A DNA stretch of 64,000 nucleotides, from contig NC_092384.1 of the NCBI RefSeq assembly GCF_030028105.1, positions 3,453,665-3,517,664 of the forward strand. The letters run 5' to 3'. Shown here piece after piece: positions 62,851-64,000 of the stretch (its first letter is position 1; each line of letters begins with the position of its first letter). The notes beneath the pieces were generated by a model. It saw nothing but the letters and a program-made list of their open reading frames with translations. It ran no database searches and was not told where the DNA came from. The position numbers and the translations under genes were made by a program. This stretch comes from Mobula birostris (lineage: Eukaryota).

Positions 62851-63897
62851 ATTGTTTCACTCTGCTGTGTTTTTGATCTGAGAGTTGGAAGCTGAATTGT
62901 AAATTCAAAATTGCTACAAATACAATATAGGGTGCGCTATGGCTTCATTTAGGGACATGACTGAAAATTTTTCGCATTCAAATTTGTTTCTGAATCGAAT
63001 CATGAATATTTTTGTCATTCAAATTTAATCTCACTTTTTTGATACTTAGTCTATGGAATAATGGTGGTGTAATAAGATCATGAAAATGACTTTCACCAAA
63101 CCTTTAACAGAAATTCCAAAGAAACACAGTCAAAAGATGATTCGATGTTCTTGGTTAGTAAGAGAGCAGTGTGACCGACAGTTCGATGCTTGTATTTTGT
63201 TATACCAACTGAAGTAATTAATGCTGAGTAATCTTTTTTTTCGCAACTCACAGTAGATGTTGGATTCAAATGACGACAATTTCGGCTGCATTCAAGTGCT
63301 TCAAAATCTACGACTTTCTTATTTACCGGGCATCGTTTAGATTTTCCTTCTTAATATTATAGTTTTCCTCCTGAAACATATCTGCAGCACCTTAAAAAAT
63401 AACTCCCAATCTCCCAAATACCTTTAGCTGTGTGATGAGAATTGCATTTTTCTAATGGCATCAAATATTGTATCTAAACGGATTCTGCCACGGTCATTTC
63501 CAACATTTACTTCATTACTTAAACCTGCCATTTGGCAATCCAAGCCTTCCTCTTGAAAATGCTACAGCTTCTTTGATGTAACCTTGCAGCATCAGAACCA
63601 CCAACTCTCTTAAGTTTGTGATCCCGCCTATAGGTACCATTATTATCTATGTGAGCATTTCAGGGCATTGAAATTAAAATGAAATAATGTCATTAATTTA
63701 TAATTTTCTCACCACCTATAGAAAACAATGTTTATGTCCTGTGCAGATATTAAACAGACAGTCCAGTAATGTTATTGATGTCACAGTCGATGAAATGTAT
63801 ACAATGTCAATTTGCTTTTACCGAAGAAAGATTTAAATTATTCTGCAATTTTGGATAAAAATATCTGTTATGAATAAATATTTAACTTGTTCTGCAG

Positions 63898-64000
63898 TTC
63901 CACCGACCCCATTACGAATTACTTACAATGAAACCAATCATAATGGATCTATCTCCCTTAAAATTGTATGCAAAACTCCTGAATTCTACCCTGATGAGAT
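63898..64000 (+). CDS. Start of an Ig C1-set exon (VPPTPLRITYNETNHNGSISLKIVCKTPEFYPDE...), runs off the window
   Basis: Acceptor tttaacttgttctgcag. Phase 1 joins the V exon G to TT = Val. Open to the window end, with the C1 signature C-x4-F-Y-P. Not in the ORF track because it lacks a start codon. Confidence 0.88.

Noticed and set aside
63370-63640. Degenerate extra C1 exon in intron 2
   Set aside because: The resemblance (AP*KIT..., LAV**E) is weak with stops in all frames, and the real C1 exon starts at 63898.
60277-64000. Rearranging Ig/TCR locus
   Set aside because: The J-like strand is within the V exon and I saw no heptamer-nonamer RSS. The CACAGTG hits at ~3605 and ~54417 lack a nonamer.

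Overview
Eukaryotic, repeat-dense 64 kb window. The retroelement families and Ig-domain style suggest a cartilaginous fish, probably a ray (inference). Host-gene content sits at the two ends, both on the + strand. At 6.05-6.99 kb are the last exons of an inhibitory immune receptor whose tail has two duplicated two-tyrosine (ITIM/ITSM-like) modules. At 60.3-64 kb are the leader, germline-joined VJ-type and start of C1-set exons of a SIRP-like/antigen-receptor-like IgSF gene, whose V domain lacks the second canonical cysteine. Together they suggest a tandem receptor cluster. The 53 kb between them is mostly nested transposons: many CR1 LINEs (two near full length), a full-length L1 with a 15-bp TSD, two Rex1/Babar LINEs, Penelope fragments, a Gmr1-type gypsy element and a Tc1 transposon. 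There is also a non-autonomous sushi/chromovirus-type LTR family, present as two solo LTRs and a three-LTR tandem array with ~185-bp internal regions. A ~2.9 kb inversion (about 25.26-28.20 kb) splits three independent elements at once. TE boundaries without a TSD are approximate, and no database searches or alignments were run.
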